From Octopus vulgaris (taxonomy: Eukaryota): a stretch of 64,000 nt of DNA. Shown here piece after piece: positions 16,860 through 31,540 of the stretch. A program made the position numbers and the translations under genes. Below the pieces are notes generated by a model. That model saw only the letters and a program-made list of their open reading frames with translations. It was not told the DNA's origin and made no database searches. The DNA is taken from contig OX597820.1 in assembly GCA_951406725.2 (NCBI GenBank), positions 39,990,001-40,054,000 on the forward strand, read 5' to 3'. Within the stretch, counting starts at the first letter, position 1, and each line of letters opens with the position of its first letter.

Positions 16860-17100
16860 TGGGTACAGGGCATCAAAAAAACGTGAACAAAAAGAGAAAC
16901 GAGACAGACAGCATAAAGAACATTCCCTTCATCAGTTGTCCCCTGTTTTATCTACTATGCTCTTTGAAAACAGCGAGGCTGAACAGAAAAGACACGAAGC
17001 AGGAGCGAAAAGCTGCATCAAATGTTGTATTTTCAAACTTAAAAGAATGGAGAAGGGATTTAACGTTTCATTTGCTAGTCATCCTTTATCAGAAGAAAAA
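16860..17100 (-). mobile_element. Penelope-like pLTR remnant with a degenerate hammerhead core
   Basis: Shares gggtacaggg...cttcatc.gttgtc...tatctact with 56978-57125. The minus strand has CTGATAA...GAAACGTT at about 17060-17092. Abuts a (TA)-rich tract. Confidence 0.5.
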
Positions 17101-17794
17101 TAAAGAAGTGTGTGACAAAAAATAGCCGGAAGAAACGAACGGGCGAAGATGTTTGGAGTGAGATGGGAATACAAATGTATAGGGTGGAAAGGAAGGACGA
17201 GTGGTGTTTGTCCGCGCCTATAGGACTGTATCTGTAGAGACAAAAATGACACGGCGTGGGGGTTCTATATGTAGAGGTGGGAAAATATGTGCGTAGTGTA
17301 GGTGGTCACTGATTCGCTTTGTGCTTTGTATACCTGGTTCCGAAACGTGTGTGCATCACTGACACCTTTTTGCTGCCCTCTTGTCTATCCACGTGCTCTG
17401 TAAAATTTCGTTTCTTTTCTCCTTGCAACGCTAAATTAGTTTTCTTTTAGCACTACTGTTATTCTTTTTTTTCTTCCTTCGCCTCTCACTTCTCAAAAGC
17501 ATCTCAAAAATATACCGTTTTCCTCACCCTACACATTTTACTTGCTTTATATCTAACCGCACACTTGCACCACTAAGAGCCTCATCATTTTTTACTCTTT
17601 CCTCAAACACAATGCGATTACAAATATAAGTCAAGTACTCACACACCCATGCTACTATACTCTTAAACTTGCTTACCTCTATACACTTATGCCTCCCCCC
17701 CCCAAAAAAAAAATCTCACATATGCTCATCTCTCATTAAACTCCTCTCCGTACTCAGATGAGCTCATGTACGCACATCTCTAACTTCCCTCTAT

Positions 17795-18945
17795 TAATTT
17801 TCCCTCCGTCGCAAGTTTACACGATTGGAATAGAACAGATTAGTAGAAATGTGTGCTTCAGAACACAGCACACCGCCAAACTGGGAATCGAAATCATAGT
17901 CGTTCGATCGGGAAGTCATTATCCTTAACTACAAGACCAGGTGCCTTCACATACATGTACATATATATTTTTTACCTATGAACTTCAAGACATACCATCA
18001 CAACAATTCCGTTTCTCCCCACGCCTTAACTTTCCCTCCGTTGCATGTTTACACATTTACAGCTGAGTGAAATAGAAATGTTTGGTCAATTACACTATGC
18101 TCCGTCGGTCCGGGAATCGGATCTTTTCGGTTTAAACGACAGTTTTTTTCTAGCGGTGTCATATGAAATTGTCACCCATAATTATGACCCTAGTATCCAT
18201 CTATTGCCTTTCAATCTGTTTTAGGGTTAGGGTTAGGGGTGGGGGAAGGGTATCTTTTTTTCTTCACAAATGTAAATAAACCCAATCTTTTTCTTAAACG
18301 AGCGACATATTCATAGGGCACAGAATGTTTTTTTAACTCAATGGACGTCAATTATTGGTTGAAATTGCAGAAATTGAAGAAAAAAACCCAAATATCTTAC
18401 AAACTATACAATTTTCTCAATAAAGCCAAGAGAAAAAAGATGTTTTATATACACATTCTACCTAGTATACGAAGTTTAAAATTTTTTAGTTACTTAGAAA
18501 TTATGTTAAAAACTGCCGTTCAAACCGAAAAGATCCCAACATGAAATGAAATGTGTGCTTCAGAACACAACACTCCGCCAGTCTGGGAATCGAAATCATA
18601 GTCTTTCGATCGGAAAGTCATTATCCTTAACCACAAGACCAGGTGCCTTCACATACATGCAGATATATATTGTTACCTATGAACTTCAAGACATACCGTC
18701 ACGACAATTCTGTTTCTCCCCACGCCTTAACTTTCCCTCCGTCGAATGTTTACACATTTACAGCTGAGAGAAATCGAAATGTTTGGTCAATTACACTATA
18801 CTCCGTCGGTCCGAGTATCGAAACCACTATCTTTCGATCGTGAGTTCAGCACACTTGACCATTAAACCACGTATCTTCAAACGCATACACATATGTATTT
18901 GTGCATGTAGACGTCAAGGCGTATCACCACAACAATTCTGTTTCT
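17795..18945 (-). repeat. Tandem array of tRNA-like SINE heads with a ~270-bp higher-order duplication, interrupted by a MITE
   Basis: 17847-18118 and 18549-18820 are near-identical. Each unit has minus-strand gtggttaag...TTTCGATTCCC plus a second, more diverged head. Confidence 0.8.
18119..18537 (-). mobile_element. MITE copy 2, opposite orientation to copy 1
   Basis: Same TIRs; internal (TTAGGG)3 at 18221-18238. Confidence 0.93.
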
Positions 18946-19249
18946 TTTTTATGTCATCCGATTTTTGTATATTGCCCATTATGACCTTCCTCTGTTTAAT
19001 ACCGCAGTTTTTATGTGGTAGATATTAGTTACCATAGTTAATGAGTCGAGTTTCTCTGTAAGAGACTGTGTAAGTAAAATATGTAGATTTTTCACACACA
19101 CACACAAACACACACAATCTTAGCATTCGCCAGCAAATATAAATATCAACGCGCATATATTTTCCCCCACCTTCTACTTTCCGTTTTCCATGTTGATATG
19201 TTTGTGCAGGTGTCTCTGATGCCTGTCTATGTGCATGTGTGTATGTGTA

Positions 19250-19282
<33 letters not shown>

Positions 19283-19540
19283 GTGTGTGATAATGAAACT
19301 ACCCACCTACCATTGTGTATGCTCATATAAACATTCGCTGACACGAGTACAATGTCAAGCGTATGTAATTAACAAAAAGTAGTCGTAAATTACAGTGTTC
19401 CTAGTATTATTAATTTGAATGAAAGAACATTTCATACTCACACACACATATGCCCATTCGTGTGAGGGCGTGTATATACGTGTGTACATGAAAGTAAATA
19501 TGTATGTGTATATATATATATATATATATATGTATATACA

Positions 19541-19590
<50 letters not shown>

Positions 19591-19612
19591 ACAAGATAAG
19601 GGCAGAAGAAAA

Positions 19613-19662
<50 letters not shown>

Positions 19663-19671
19663 AATACATAC

Positions 19672-19733
<62 letters not shown>

Positions 19734-19889
19734 TATACATGTATATGCATTCATACATAAATATCTATATCTATCAATCTATCTAGAAATAGATAGATTG
19801 ATTGAGAAATAGATGCGTGTATATGCATATACATTGACAAATACACATTCACCCATATAGCTACATTTATCTACCTCTCTACTCCTCAC

Positions 19890-19965
<76 letters not shown>

Positions 19966-19970
19966 CCTAT

Positions 19971-20006
<36 letters not shown>

Positions 20007-20074
20007 TTATTTATCTATTTATCTATTTATCTATCTATCTATCTTTGTATCAATCTATCATATATCTATCTATA

Positions 20075-20197
<123 letters not shown>

Positions 20198-21953
20198 TTC
20201 TATATATGTGCATTTATGTGTACATGAATAATTACAATAATAATTATCTTTCTCAATTAATTTATGACTTTATTTCATATTTGTTTTTCAATTTTCTGAA
20301 TCTTAAAATTTTTTTCTTCCCTGATCTAATTTATCTTCTATAAAATTACATTACTGTTCCATTTTGGTTACAACTATTGAGCATGGGAAATATGTCAAAA
20401 TACTCACATGATTGCTTATTTATATTTGTCAAGCTACGTCATTAGAATTCATTGTTCTGCATGCTCCCCCTCCCCACTCAGTCAAGTTTTTGTTTTTTTA
20501 CTACACCGGCCACTCTTCTTTCATTTAAATTCTACAGATGTTTTTAGTAATTGTAATATCTGGTCTTAACAGCAAGTTTATGAGCGCTGATGAAGTCTAC
20601 TAACGGCAATGGATGTAAAGAGTGGTCATAGTATTACCAAATATCAAAATGGCTTACCACTGTGTTGTGATGAGTGTCACGACGCCCCCTTGTGAGAAAT
20701 AGACTGGACCGAGCGATTGTAAATAGTAGCGGTCGGAGTGAAGTTTGTGTGTAAGTTTTCTGTCTTTGGAACGGGTGCCATTATTCTTGAAGAAAATTTT
20801 CAGCATTCTGTATTTTATACAGAACCTGTGTGCCTATAGAAAACAAAGTTTATTTTATCATATTTGTCGAATATCTTAGCTTTGAGCCGTTAATAATTTC
20901 CCATCATTGAACAAATGCATTATTTTAATCACTGGATCACTGGATTGAATTCTTTCAATAGCTTGATTAAAGAAGGTAGAGGTGAGCGTTGCAGTTTTCA
21001 ACCCCTGCGAATACCGGAGGGAATTAGACTCATTTCGGAGTCCTAGTTCTAGTGTTCGAAAGAAAACGGACTCTAATATAGATGCTGTTGATATTGATAA
21101 ATCGGATGACGGATTAAGTCTAACATCCACAAACGGAAACGTGTTACCCGTCCAAATTTTACCCTTTAAAGCTTTGGTTAAATGCAGTCTACGTTAGGAG
21201 ATATTTGTCCCCTATACTACATAATTGCATTGTATCTCAAACTGAACTTTTGAGCGGCTACATTAACCAAAAGAAAGTGTTCCAGTATTTGCTTCCATAC
21301 GCTTACAACAACCAGTCTCATGAAGCAACTGTGTTATAAATATTCCGCACCGCTAATGCTGTCACAGTTTACCAAATAAGCAAAAAAAAATTATACATTA
21401 CGTCATCATTCCAAGGCTGCAAGTTCATACTTATAAAGAATGAGAACATGATTTTATGATGCTCATACACTTTTTAATTATATAAACAATATAAGAAGAG
21501 TACATATATTTCAATAATTATACATCCAGATGAATATATCATCGTTATTCATTTCTTTGCATGTACAACTACCGATTCACATTTACGTACATGAATTCAT
21601 ATATTTATACATCACCACTCACTCCACTATACTTTTATCAATCCCCAGCCTGCATGCACATAAGTTCCACCTATCCTTCTTTATCCTCCTTTCCTACACA
21701 GCCACTTAACTTGTCCGCATATAACACATCTAATTCATATAATCACAACCCCACCGACCAAAGAACGTCTTTTCAAAAAGTATATATGACTAAAAAGAAC
21801 CAAAGTAAAGCACAGTGTTATGACGGCGAGGAAGCTGAAACATCCAAACCAAACCACTATTAAACAATTTCTTTAAAAAAAATTAATAGATATCTGTTAA
21901 ACATTTTTAGCAATATTGCAGCGAGTATATATAGATATATACATATATATATA

Positions 21954-22032
<79 letters not shown>

Positions 22033-22159
22033 TAAGTAATTAAGGGTTTAGCAACGATTTGCCTCACCACACACCGAATTTAGAAATAGCAGTCAAAGAG
22101 TTATGGCTATTCTTTCTACTTAAAAAGGAGATCCCAGTAAAACCACAGCACTTAAAAGG

Positions 22160-22208
<49 letters not shown>

Positions 22209-22307
22209 TCATCATCATCATCAGATCGATATAACAATAACAATAACAGAGCAACAAGAGGACGTACGCAAGGAATGTATTAGTGTGACGCTCCGTAAAA
22301 AGGGAAA

Positions 22308-22343
22308 CTTTTGACGTTTCGAACATAGCTTTTCGTCAGAAAG
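22308..22343 (-). ncRNA. Minimal type-I hammerhead-ribozyme-like motif (Penelope pLTR type)
   Basis: The minus strand reads cttt-CTGACGA-aaagctatgttc-GAAAC-GTC-aaaag: canonical CUGAnGA and GAAA boxes, palindromic ACGT stem III, GUC triplet, short stem I. Stem II is imperfect. Confidence 0.65.
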
Positions 22344-22984
22344 GAAAACAGAAAAGTGCAGAGAAGGAAAAATATCATGTGTGGCATGAATCTGAAATTT
22401 TTGATTACGGAGTTGTCAGAAAATTTGCCTTACACAAAAAAATACTTTGTAATACTGAAGGAGTGAATATACTTAAAAATATTCACACGCCTACGTATAT
22501 TTGTATAAATCCCCTCCGCAAATGCACATACTTTCTTCCTATCTTTCACTTTATCCCTTTCCTACATAAACATTTCTTTTGTCTGCCTATGCCTCATCTA
22601 ATTCTCATCCACAATATTCCACCAACTAAAGGATAACTTGCCAAAAACTATATATAGCCGTGTTTAAGTAAGAATCCTTAGGACAACGTTGTCCTGATTC
22701 GGAGAAAACAGAAAGCTAAACACGCGTTCACACATGATCTAATCACAATCCTCCAAAACAAGTATAGAAAATGTGATGTATACAGGAATAGGTTAATACG
22801 CATGTGAATATGAGTAATTAGTAGTATTACAAAGAAAAACAAATTGCACCTTTTTCGTAAGCATCCTAATTAATGTGAAACTCTTAACTTCATTAAATTA
22901 TCTCCCCTTCATATCTGAAAGAATCTTATATGAAATTAAAGGACACACACACACATACACACACACACACACACACACATACAC

Positions 22985-23019
<35 letters not shown>

Positions 23020-23387
23020 TGTATGTATGTATGTATATGTATGTATATATATATATGTATGTATATGCAGGGGTATGTGATTGCGCGTGTATTCTGTACA
23101 GTTAATTTCATTCAGGATCAAGTAGGTCTGCATTCAATTGATAGGCGACGCGTAGAGTCTCATAGAATGAATCGCTTGCTTTTTCGGCAGCAGTGAGCGC
23201 GCACGCGTCTATATATATATATATATATGAAAGTATCTATGTGCCTGTGTGTGTGTATGTGTGTGTATGTGTGTGTATGTATGTGCATGTATTCAAAAGT
23301 ACATTTTTATATAAAAATATATATATATATATATACATATACGTGCATACATACATCCATACATGCATTCATATACATATATGTACA

Positions 23388-23440
<53 letters not shown>

Positions 23441-23473
23441 ATGTATATATATATATATGTATATATATACATG

Positions 23474-23504
<31 letters not shown>

Positions 23505-23514
23505 GTATATATAT

Positions 23515-23571
<57 letters not shown>

Positions 23572-24181
23572 TATATACATGTATATATATATATATACAT
23601 ATATATACGATTATATATGTATGTATGTATGAAAGAGACAGCTAATGAATGAGGTGCTACAAATATCATTTGTTATTAGATATACAAACACGTACACAAG
23701 AACCCATGTATATCGTTTTCTCATTTGTTATATCATTTGTAAAGCCATTTTTTCATTGACATTACACAATCATTCTAATTAATTTTAGAACACTAAGAAT
23801 TCTTAATTAACGATAGCAATCTTGATTTTGTCTTTTTCAAGGAACATCACAACAGTTGGAGTTTCTTTCTTGAGAACGTGAGTGAATTCTTTGAAGCTTA
23901 TTCAGCATTTTGTATTGTCTTCGATAGTGTTCTCTGTGTGTGTGCATGTGTGCATGCATGCATGTGTATGTGCATGTGCATAGATGGGTTGGGGGTACTA
24001 TTTGTAGACCCGCTGCAGTCTCTTTTCCACCCACATAACTCCCATGTATTCAATCAATATTTGTTTATTATGGCAATATTTATAGTTACTATGATTCATA
24101 AAATTGTTTTATTTCCTGATTTTGGTAGTTGTTTCGTTATTGTTGCTGATGTTGTCATTGATGTTATTATTGCTGTTGCTG

Positions 24182-24240
<59 letters not shown>
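24182..24240. repeat. (ACT)n microsatellite
   Basis: Read directly. Confidence 0.95.
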
Positions 24241-24241
<1 letters not shown>

Positions 24242-24626
24242 TTGCTATTATAAATATCATCGTCATCATCTTCGGCATCATCATTATTATTATTATTATT
24301 GAGCATGGCTTCTTTCAGCTTTTCTTTCTGTCAAATGAAGCTATTTCATGGTTTACAAATACTCCTGAATATTACTTTAGTTATTTTTTTTTCTACGTTT
24401 TATCTTCAAATTTTTAATAAACATGCCATTTGATTACATTGCGTCTTTCTCATGCAGCAGTTTACACAGACGTACAACAACAAACACATAGACATATACA
24501 TGAATATATGTACGCATATATGTATAGTTCAATATATAAATACATACAAACATATGCATATATATATATATATATATGCGTGTCTATGTATACACACGTA
24601 AAATATATTTGTAAGTGTAGACGTGT

Positions 24627-24660
<34 letters not shown>

Positions 24661-25419
24661 CACATATATTTATGTATACGTGTAAGTATGTATATACATA
24701 TATTCTGTGTGAGTATAAATATATATATATATATACGTATATATATGTGTGCGTGTGTATGTGAACACATGTGCGTATCACTATATTTGTCTGTATATGT
24801 ACACATGTTAATATTTATTCCCTGCGCATGTATAAGCGCATGTATATGCACGATATTTTTGACATAACAGTAAATATTATATGATAGCATTAAAGAATAT
24901 TTCCTGCTTTTATGTATATATTTCTTGCCTCGTTCTGGATATTCTTTAGCGGGCAGCATCAATTTTTCTTAGCAACTGAAGATACCATCCGTATGCCATT
25001 TATTTTTATTCTTTCATCTAAATTTTAACAGCTATGTTTTTCTCTGTCTCAAATTTTTTTTTCCTTTGGTAAGAAGAAAAAAAATCGAAACATCTTTAAT
25101 ATTTATTCCAAACGGAACCCTTTACATAAGTAAGATTTCTTCTATGATTTATTGTTTTGTTGTCTTAAGAATCAAAGCAAAATCTATGCAAAATCATAAA
25201 AGAAAGAATAGGGGCCACTACCAAGTATATATATGTGTGTGTATCACTATCTCTCTCTCTCTCTCTCTCACACTGTATGTATATGAATATATATATATAT
25301 ATATATATATACTCGTATATGTATGTATATATATATACATATACACACACATGCATAAATATATATTTATATATATATTTATACATATATATATAGATAG
25401 ATAGATATATGTATATACC

Positions 25420-25451
<32 letters not shown>

Positions 25452-25713
25452 CGTATACACACACATGTGTATGTTTGCATATATGTATGCATGTATGCAT
25501 GTATGCATGTATGCATGTATGTATATATGCATGCATGTATGTATGTATGCATGTATGTGTAGGAGCCTTGTGTAATCGGATCAGTATGATACATCTTTTG
25601 AAATAAATATAGTTACTTTTCTATTATTCACGTGACATGTCATTTTCCTTTTCGTACAGATTTCCATCATGTACAATACTTTAATATTCTTTTCCCTATT
25701 TGGGGTAGCTCTC

Positions 25714-25896
<183 letters not shown>

Positions 25897-25910
25897 ATGT
25901 ATACATATAC

Positions 25911-25957
<47 letters not shown>

Positions 25958-26443
25958 CTCATTTCCTAGATACAGTTACTGGAAGATCTTAAAAATAGCA
26001 TGGCTTCGTTGTCGGGGTAAGTATTTTTCTGATGGATGACACAAAACTTTTTGACTCGATTCCACGAAGTGCATACAAAAGTGAACGTAATTTTATGCTA
26101 TAGATATGTTACTTCTTAAAGATTTGCATTTACTAGTGATTGCTTCAAGCGTGACGAATGCTCGTCAATTATGTAATGTTTGTTCTATATGCAATCACAA
26201 TATATACGTCATTTCGGTACCTAGTTTCACTCGTGCGTGCTGAATGTACCTTCGTGAGTGGAGTGAAGTATCCTTCACAGTGCGATATTTTATTGAGAAA
26301 GATTGAAAGAAATAGAGAAAGAGAGGGAGATAAAGAGAGGGCGACGAAGATGAGAGAAAGCATAACAAGCTGAGTAAGTAATTTCCACAGAAGTTACGAT
26401 ACACTATTTGATGTTTTGTGCTTAAAACAGAATAAATGAATTT

Positions 26444-26885
26444 GGATCTTTTCGGTTTGAACGGTAGTTTTTTCTAGCGGTGTCATATGAAATTGTCACC
26501 CGTAATTATGACCCTAGTATCGATCTATTGCCTTTCAATCTGTTTTAGGGTTAGGGTTAGTTAGGGTTAGGGTTAGTTAGGGTTTGGGGTGGGGGGAAGG
26601 GTATTTTTTTGTCTTCACAAATGTAAATAATCCCAATCATTTCTTAAGCGAGGGACATATTCATACGGCACATAATGTTTTTTACCTCAATATACGTCAT
26701 AGATTGGTTGAAATTGCAGAAATTGAAGAAAAAAAACAACGAATATGTTACAAACTATAGAATTTTCTCAATAAAGCCAAGAGAAAAAGATGTTTTATAA
26801 ACACATTCTACCAGTGTACGAAGTTTAAAATTTTTTAGCTACCTAGAAATTATGTTAAAAACTGCCGTTCAAACCGAAAAGATCC
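26444..26885 (-). mobile_element. MITE copy 3 with a perfect 9-bp TSD (MULE/Mutator-like; Merlin possible)
   Basis: aatgaattt|GGATCTTTTCGG...CCGAAAAGATCC|aatgaattt; expanded TTAGGG/TTAG tract at about 26545-26590. Confidence 0.93.
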
Positions 26886-28089
26886 AATGAATTTTAATCC
26901 CAGAAATTTTAGGGCTCACATAAGAAACATTTTGATTCGTATATGTCTATCAGATATATGTCATGCAGATAGCTCATCTGACAGGTCGAAGAAGAATTAC
27001 CCACAGCTTTGGTGGATATTCAAACGAGTTGATGATACTAGGAAAGCCGATCAAAAATCTTTGTTACTTTTTGGGACATGAAATTCCCATATGTGATTCT
27101 AAACGCTGTAGAACTGAGCTTCTAGTGCGCAGCCTCTCTGTTTTTATTTTTTATTAATTTTATTAACAAGTTTACCTCATCATTCATGCGAAAATAAGCA
27201 TTTTGGAACGTCTTAATCCGCAATACCAGGATATTTTTCATTTGTTGTTTAGAATCTTCAGGTTTTATATTTTATAATGAGTCAGACCATTCCAAATATA
27301 TTTGTGACAAATGAACTGGCTTCCTCTTCCTCGTAACATAAACACTGACTCTTAGTAATCTAACACATCAATACGACGCTGGTTGTTATTATATTGGTAT
27401 TTCTTTTTCTCAAACACTTCGCATTCTCTTTTCGTTTTATTCGACTGTGGATTTGAAAGCACCTGCACGCTTTATCTAAATGTTCTGAGTCACCGTTTAG
27501 CTGGTAGTGTATTATAAGTAGAATACGGGTCAGATATCAACATCTGAGTAGCCTACAGGTATATATGATCCGAGATTAGTAGTTAATTGATAACTAATAT
27601 GCTTGGCCTGAAGGCTACAAAATGTATATGAATGCTTTCACGAACAAGTCTTCACGGTATTTGGCAAGCGTCTTTGCATGTGTGAATAGGCGATGTAGAT
27701 TCAAACATTTTGCGTCAGTTACTGTGCATGTACGGCCTCATGATTTGTCTGCATCTACGTAGCAATGCATGTGAATTGTCCCTGAATACCCGCATGTAAG
27801 CTGTTGTTTCTCTGTGCGTGTAACTATATTAGTAAATCGGAAGTATTACACGTATAATTATTAGCATCACATTTGAATATTCTGTTCAGAGAATATTAAT
27901 ATTGGCATCCTCAGCAGAAATTGGAAAGATTGTCTTGTTATGTATATGAGTGTACGCACGCATCCTCACACACACGCACGTATATATATATTAATGCATG
28001 CATGTATATATGTATACATGTATATATGTATGTATGATGAATGCATGTATATATATATATATATATATATGCATATATATATATATGTT

Positions 28090-28164
<75 letters not shown>

Positions 28165-28519
28165 GACATGTGCCATAGTTAGGAATTTAGCCTTAGAGTG
28201 GAACGTGTATAAGTACCGCCAAGAGTTGTGAGTTTACATCGCATTCACTATGCTAAAATAAAAACTGCGTCTAGGGTGATACAATAGTATCATTGTCCAC
28301 AATATTTTCCTGAATATTGCTAGAGAATGGTTTTTATAAAGACTGTCAGAAAGTTTAACAATAATATAATAAAGAAAAGGTTGTTTCAATTATCTGCGAA
28401 ACAATTTATAGTCACGATTGCTAATTTAGAAGAATGTGCTTAGATGAGAAATTCTCCAAATTTCGTTTCATAGGTTGCTGAAGGAAAAAAAACAAAAAAA
28501 AAACAAAAGTGTAAAGAAA

Positions 28520-28826
28520 GACCATGGGATTTCATCTAGAAAGTTCCCCTCCGAGGTACCAGTTTGGGCAAGGTTGTTTATCGAAGACCAACTGTCGCCC
28601 ATGCATAGCAGATTCCCCTCTCCACTCCACCGATGTTACCAAAGGAAAGGCAAAGGGCGATACAGCTTGGCGCCAGTGACATTGCAACTTATTTCTACAA
28701 CTGAATGAACTGTGGCAGTGTGAAATAAAATGCGTTGCTCAAGAATACAGCTTGATCCGGTAATCGAACTCACTACCTCATGATTGTGAGCTCGACGCTC
28801 TAACCATTGAGCCATGCACTTTCACT
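28520..28826 (-). mobile_element. tRNA-derived SINE (family E)
   Basis: Minus strand: A-box TGGCTCAATGG, B-box GAGTTCGATTACC, then ttcttgagcaa...tttatttcac. Confidence 0.85.
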
Positions 28827-29381
28827 CGAAGGAAAATATTTCCCTGTAAACTTGTTGGATCTTATGAAAAAAATATAAAATTTTGGGAAATTGTGGCAAT
28901 TCGCAGTGCGAAGCATGAGTTCCTTGCAACTATAATCCTTTCTATTATAGGTAGAAGGCTCATAATTTGTGGGAGAGGGCTAGCCGATCATATCGAGCCT
29001 AGAACTTGACGAGTACTCTTTTAATCGACCAAAAGGAATCAGAAGCATAGTTGGCCTCGGCACAGTTTGAACCTATAATCATGTTTATAGTTGTAGCAGT
29101 TATGTAGATTAGCAGTAGTACCAGCACGAAGATTCATAGCTATAATAGCCACAGCGGTGTCCGTTTAAAAAGGAAATAGTCTGGTCAACTGAAACAGCAG
29201 GAGTTTAGCAGCTCGTCCTGCAATGCTTAGAGTACTGCACTTGTAGGACGTAATAAACTGACTATCTTCCGGATGTTGTCTGAAAGTATATTAGTTTGAC
29301 TACTTGCAGCTGTAGAGACATCTAATGTTTGATTAATACAAAGTAGAACTACGACAATGCTACGATATTTGTAGAGGAGGG

Positions 29382-29900
29382 TACAGGCATGCCTCAGCTT
29401 ACGTTGTCTACAGTTAATTTTTTTTTTTTTTTTGCAATCTTAAGACGTTAACGTAAATCTCAACTTTAGATGACTTATTCGAATTTACCTAAAACAAATA
29501 CTGAAGTGTAAATTCATGTAAAATACATGAAAATATACACTCGTGGCTAAGTGCAATCTTGAGTGTAAGATTGCGGTTTCGATTCCTAGACCATGTGATA
29601 TGTTATCTTCTTGTGCAAAACACTTCATTTCACATTGCTCCAGTCCATTCAGCTTGAAAAATGAGTTATCCTACAACAGACCGGCATCCCCTCCAGAGAA
29701 GAATATATATTTGCCGCAGAATCCGGGAAAACGACCTTATTATACAATGGCACGGGAAATACATTTGATCTTATTCCAAAATATTATTAGACAGATATAA
29801 ACTAATAAAATGTTTAAAATGGTTTTCACTTACGTCGTTTTCCGAGTTATGTTCTATATCTTTCAGCCAAATATCAACGTATAATGAGATATACATGTGT
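29382..29900. mobile_element. Old pogo/Tigger-like MITE with a nested SINE (about 29540-29770)
   Basis: TA-CAGGCATGCCTCAGCTTACG at the left and a degenerate complement cgtataatgagatatacatg at the right. The nested SINE has GGTTTCGATTCC and ttgctccagtcca.tcagct. Confidence 0.55.
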
Positions 29901-31057
29901 ATGTCTACTCACTAGTAGTTGATATATTCCTTTATTGATCCGGTTTAGATGAACAGTGACGGTTATTGTGGTAGTATTTTTTCTGAATTTACGAGACAAA
30001 AATACATTTCATAAGATTTTTAGATCATTGCATTAGTCTTCTATGGAGTGAATAGTATTTTAGATATTATTATCAAGTGAATAATATTTTAAATGTCATT
30101 ATAAAAAAAAAGTGCTGTATCAGCATAATTTTTGAGAGTTGAACAAAAATACATTAGGGTTTTGACGTTCTGAATTGTTATCCTATGAGGTTGATTGGCT
30201 TTTCAAAATTTCGATGACAAGTAAACAAAGTAGCAGCTCAATACTAACAAGTCGTTAACTGAGACACTTGTGTCTCGTAGACGGCTTCAAGAAGGAGTGG
30301 AAAAATCTAATCGTTGAGGATTTAATAGTGGATAAACGTTACGACGCAACATCCATAGTATTGCTGTGAGAAACAGTAACCTTAAGTATTTGTTAGGAAA
30401 ATCACAACGAAAGAACAGAACAACATGCATTTTGTAATTATAAAAAAAAATGTGTCTCTTCCATATCGACGTACCCAATGCAAGCACATTTTGTAGGCTA
30501 TAGATAATGGTGAACAGGAGGTGGAAGAAGAAGAGAAGGTGGAGGAGGCGAGGTGGAGAATTATGATGATGATGATGATGAAGAGGAGGGGGAGAAATAG
30601 GAGGAAAAAGGAGGAAGAGAAAGTAGAGGAGGAACAGGTGAGGTGGAGAATTTACGATGATAATGATAATGATGATGAGGAGGAGGAGGAGGAGGAAGAA
30701 ATAGAGGAGACAATGTAGAGATTTATTAAGACAATGATGATGACGATGTCGACTTTGCTTTTTAATACACCGAAATCGATAAAGGACTGGTTTACAACCT
30801 TGCTCCTTTTAGTTAGGTGTTTTTGTCCCTATTGTTTCTATGGCTCCTACTTCAGTATTACGTAAAGCAGTGTACCAAATGCCAGATTCAAACTGCTCAA
30901 TTCTCTCTGTTAAATGTATTAGGGTAAAACATCGGTCCCAGTGAACGTATTGAAATGCATGAAAATTATAAATAAAAACACACCTAAAACCAATTCAGAA
31001 CTAGAAAGTAAAATAAAAGACATGTGAAAATATGTACAAACCACTTAATGAAATAGG

Positions 31058-31540
31058 AGGGCGCGTGGCTTAATGGTTAGGGTTGCACTTCTGCTCGCAA
31101 GAGTGCAGTTTTGACTCAGGGACTGAGTGAATGCCTTGTATTTTGAGCCCACTCATTTGTAAGAATGAGTAATGCTTCAGCAGAGAGGCGTATCGTCCAA
31201 GGGAGGATACATACACACCAGAGACTCCAGGAAACCGGTCTTATTGACACCAAAGCTTGAGAAGTGCCTTTTCTTATACAGGCACAAGAACTCAAATTTA
31301 GAGATGAGTATTGCCAATTAAATCTATTCCAGTAATTAATTATCTTTTACTTCCTTTAGTCATTAGAGTGCACCCTTGTTGGGGCACCGCCTTGAAATTT
31401 TAGTAGAATGAACCAACCCCAAGACTTATATTTCTTAGATATGGTACTTATTCTATCGGCCTCTTTCTGCCGAGCTACAAAGTTACATACCAGTACCGGT
31501 TGCCAAGTGCTGGTAGCGGGGGACAAACAAGGACATAAAC
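31058..31540. mobile_element. SINE head (31058-31270, plus) and family D module (31355-31540, minus)
   Basis: ggcgcgtggcttaatggttaggg A-box-like start; agtcattaga.tgc...ggggcaccgccttgaa...ggtacttattctatcgg. Confidence 0.65.

Noticed and set aside
17847-18830. CRISPR-like or LTR-like direct repeats
   Set aside because: Eukaryotic context; the repeats are long SINE-derived units with no unique spacers, no TG..CA ends, and no PBS or PPT.
20587-20600. CTGATGA as a hammerhead core
   Set aside because: No matching GAAA box or stems nearby.
26545-26590. True telomere or chromosome-fusion scar
   Set aside because: Only a few TTAGGG units, located at the same internal position in all three MITE copies.
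26900-27930. Possible decayed LINE coding sequence
   Set aside because: The frames I translated were interrupted and showed no RT or endonuclease motif.
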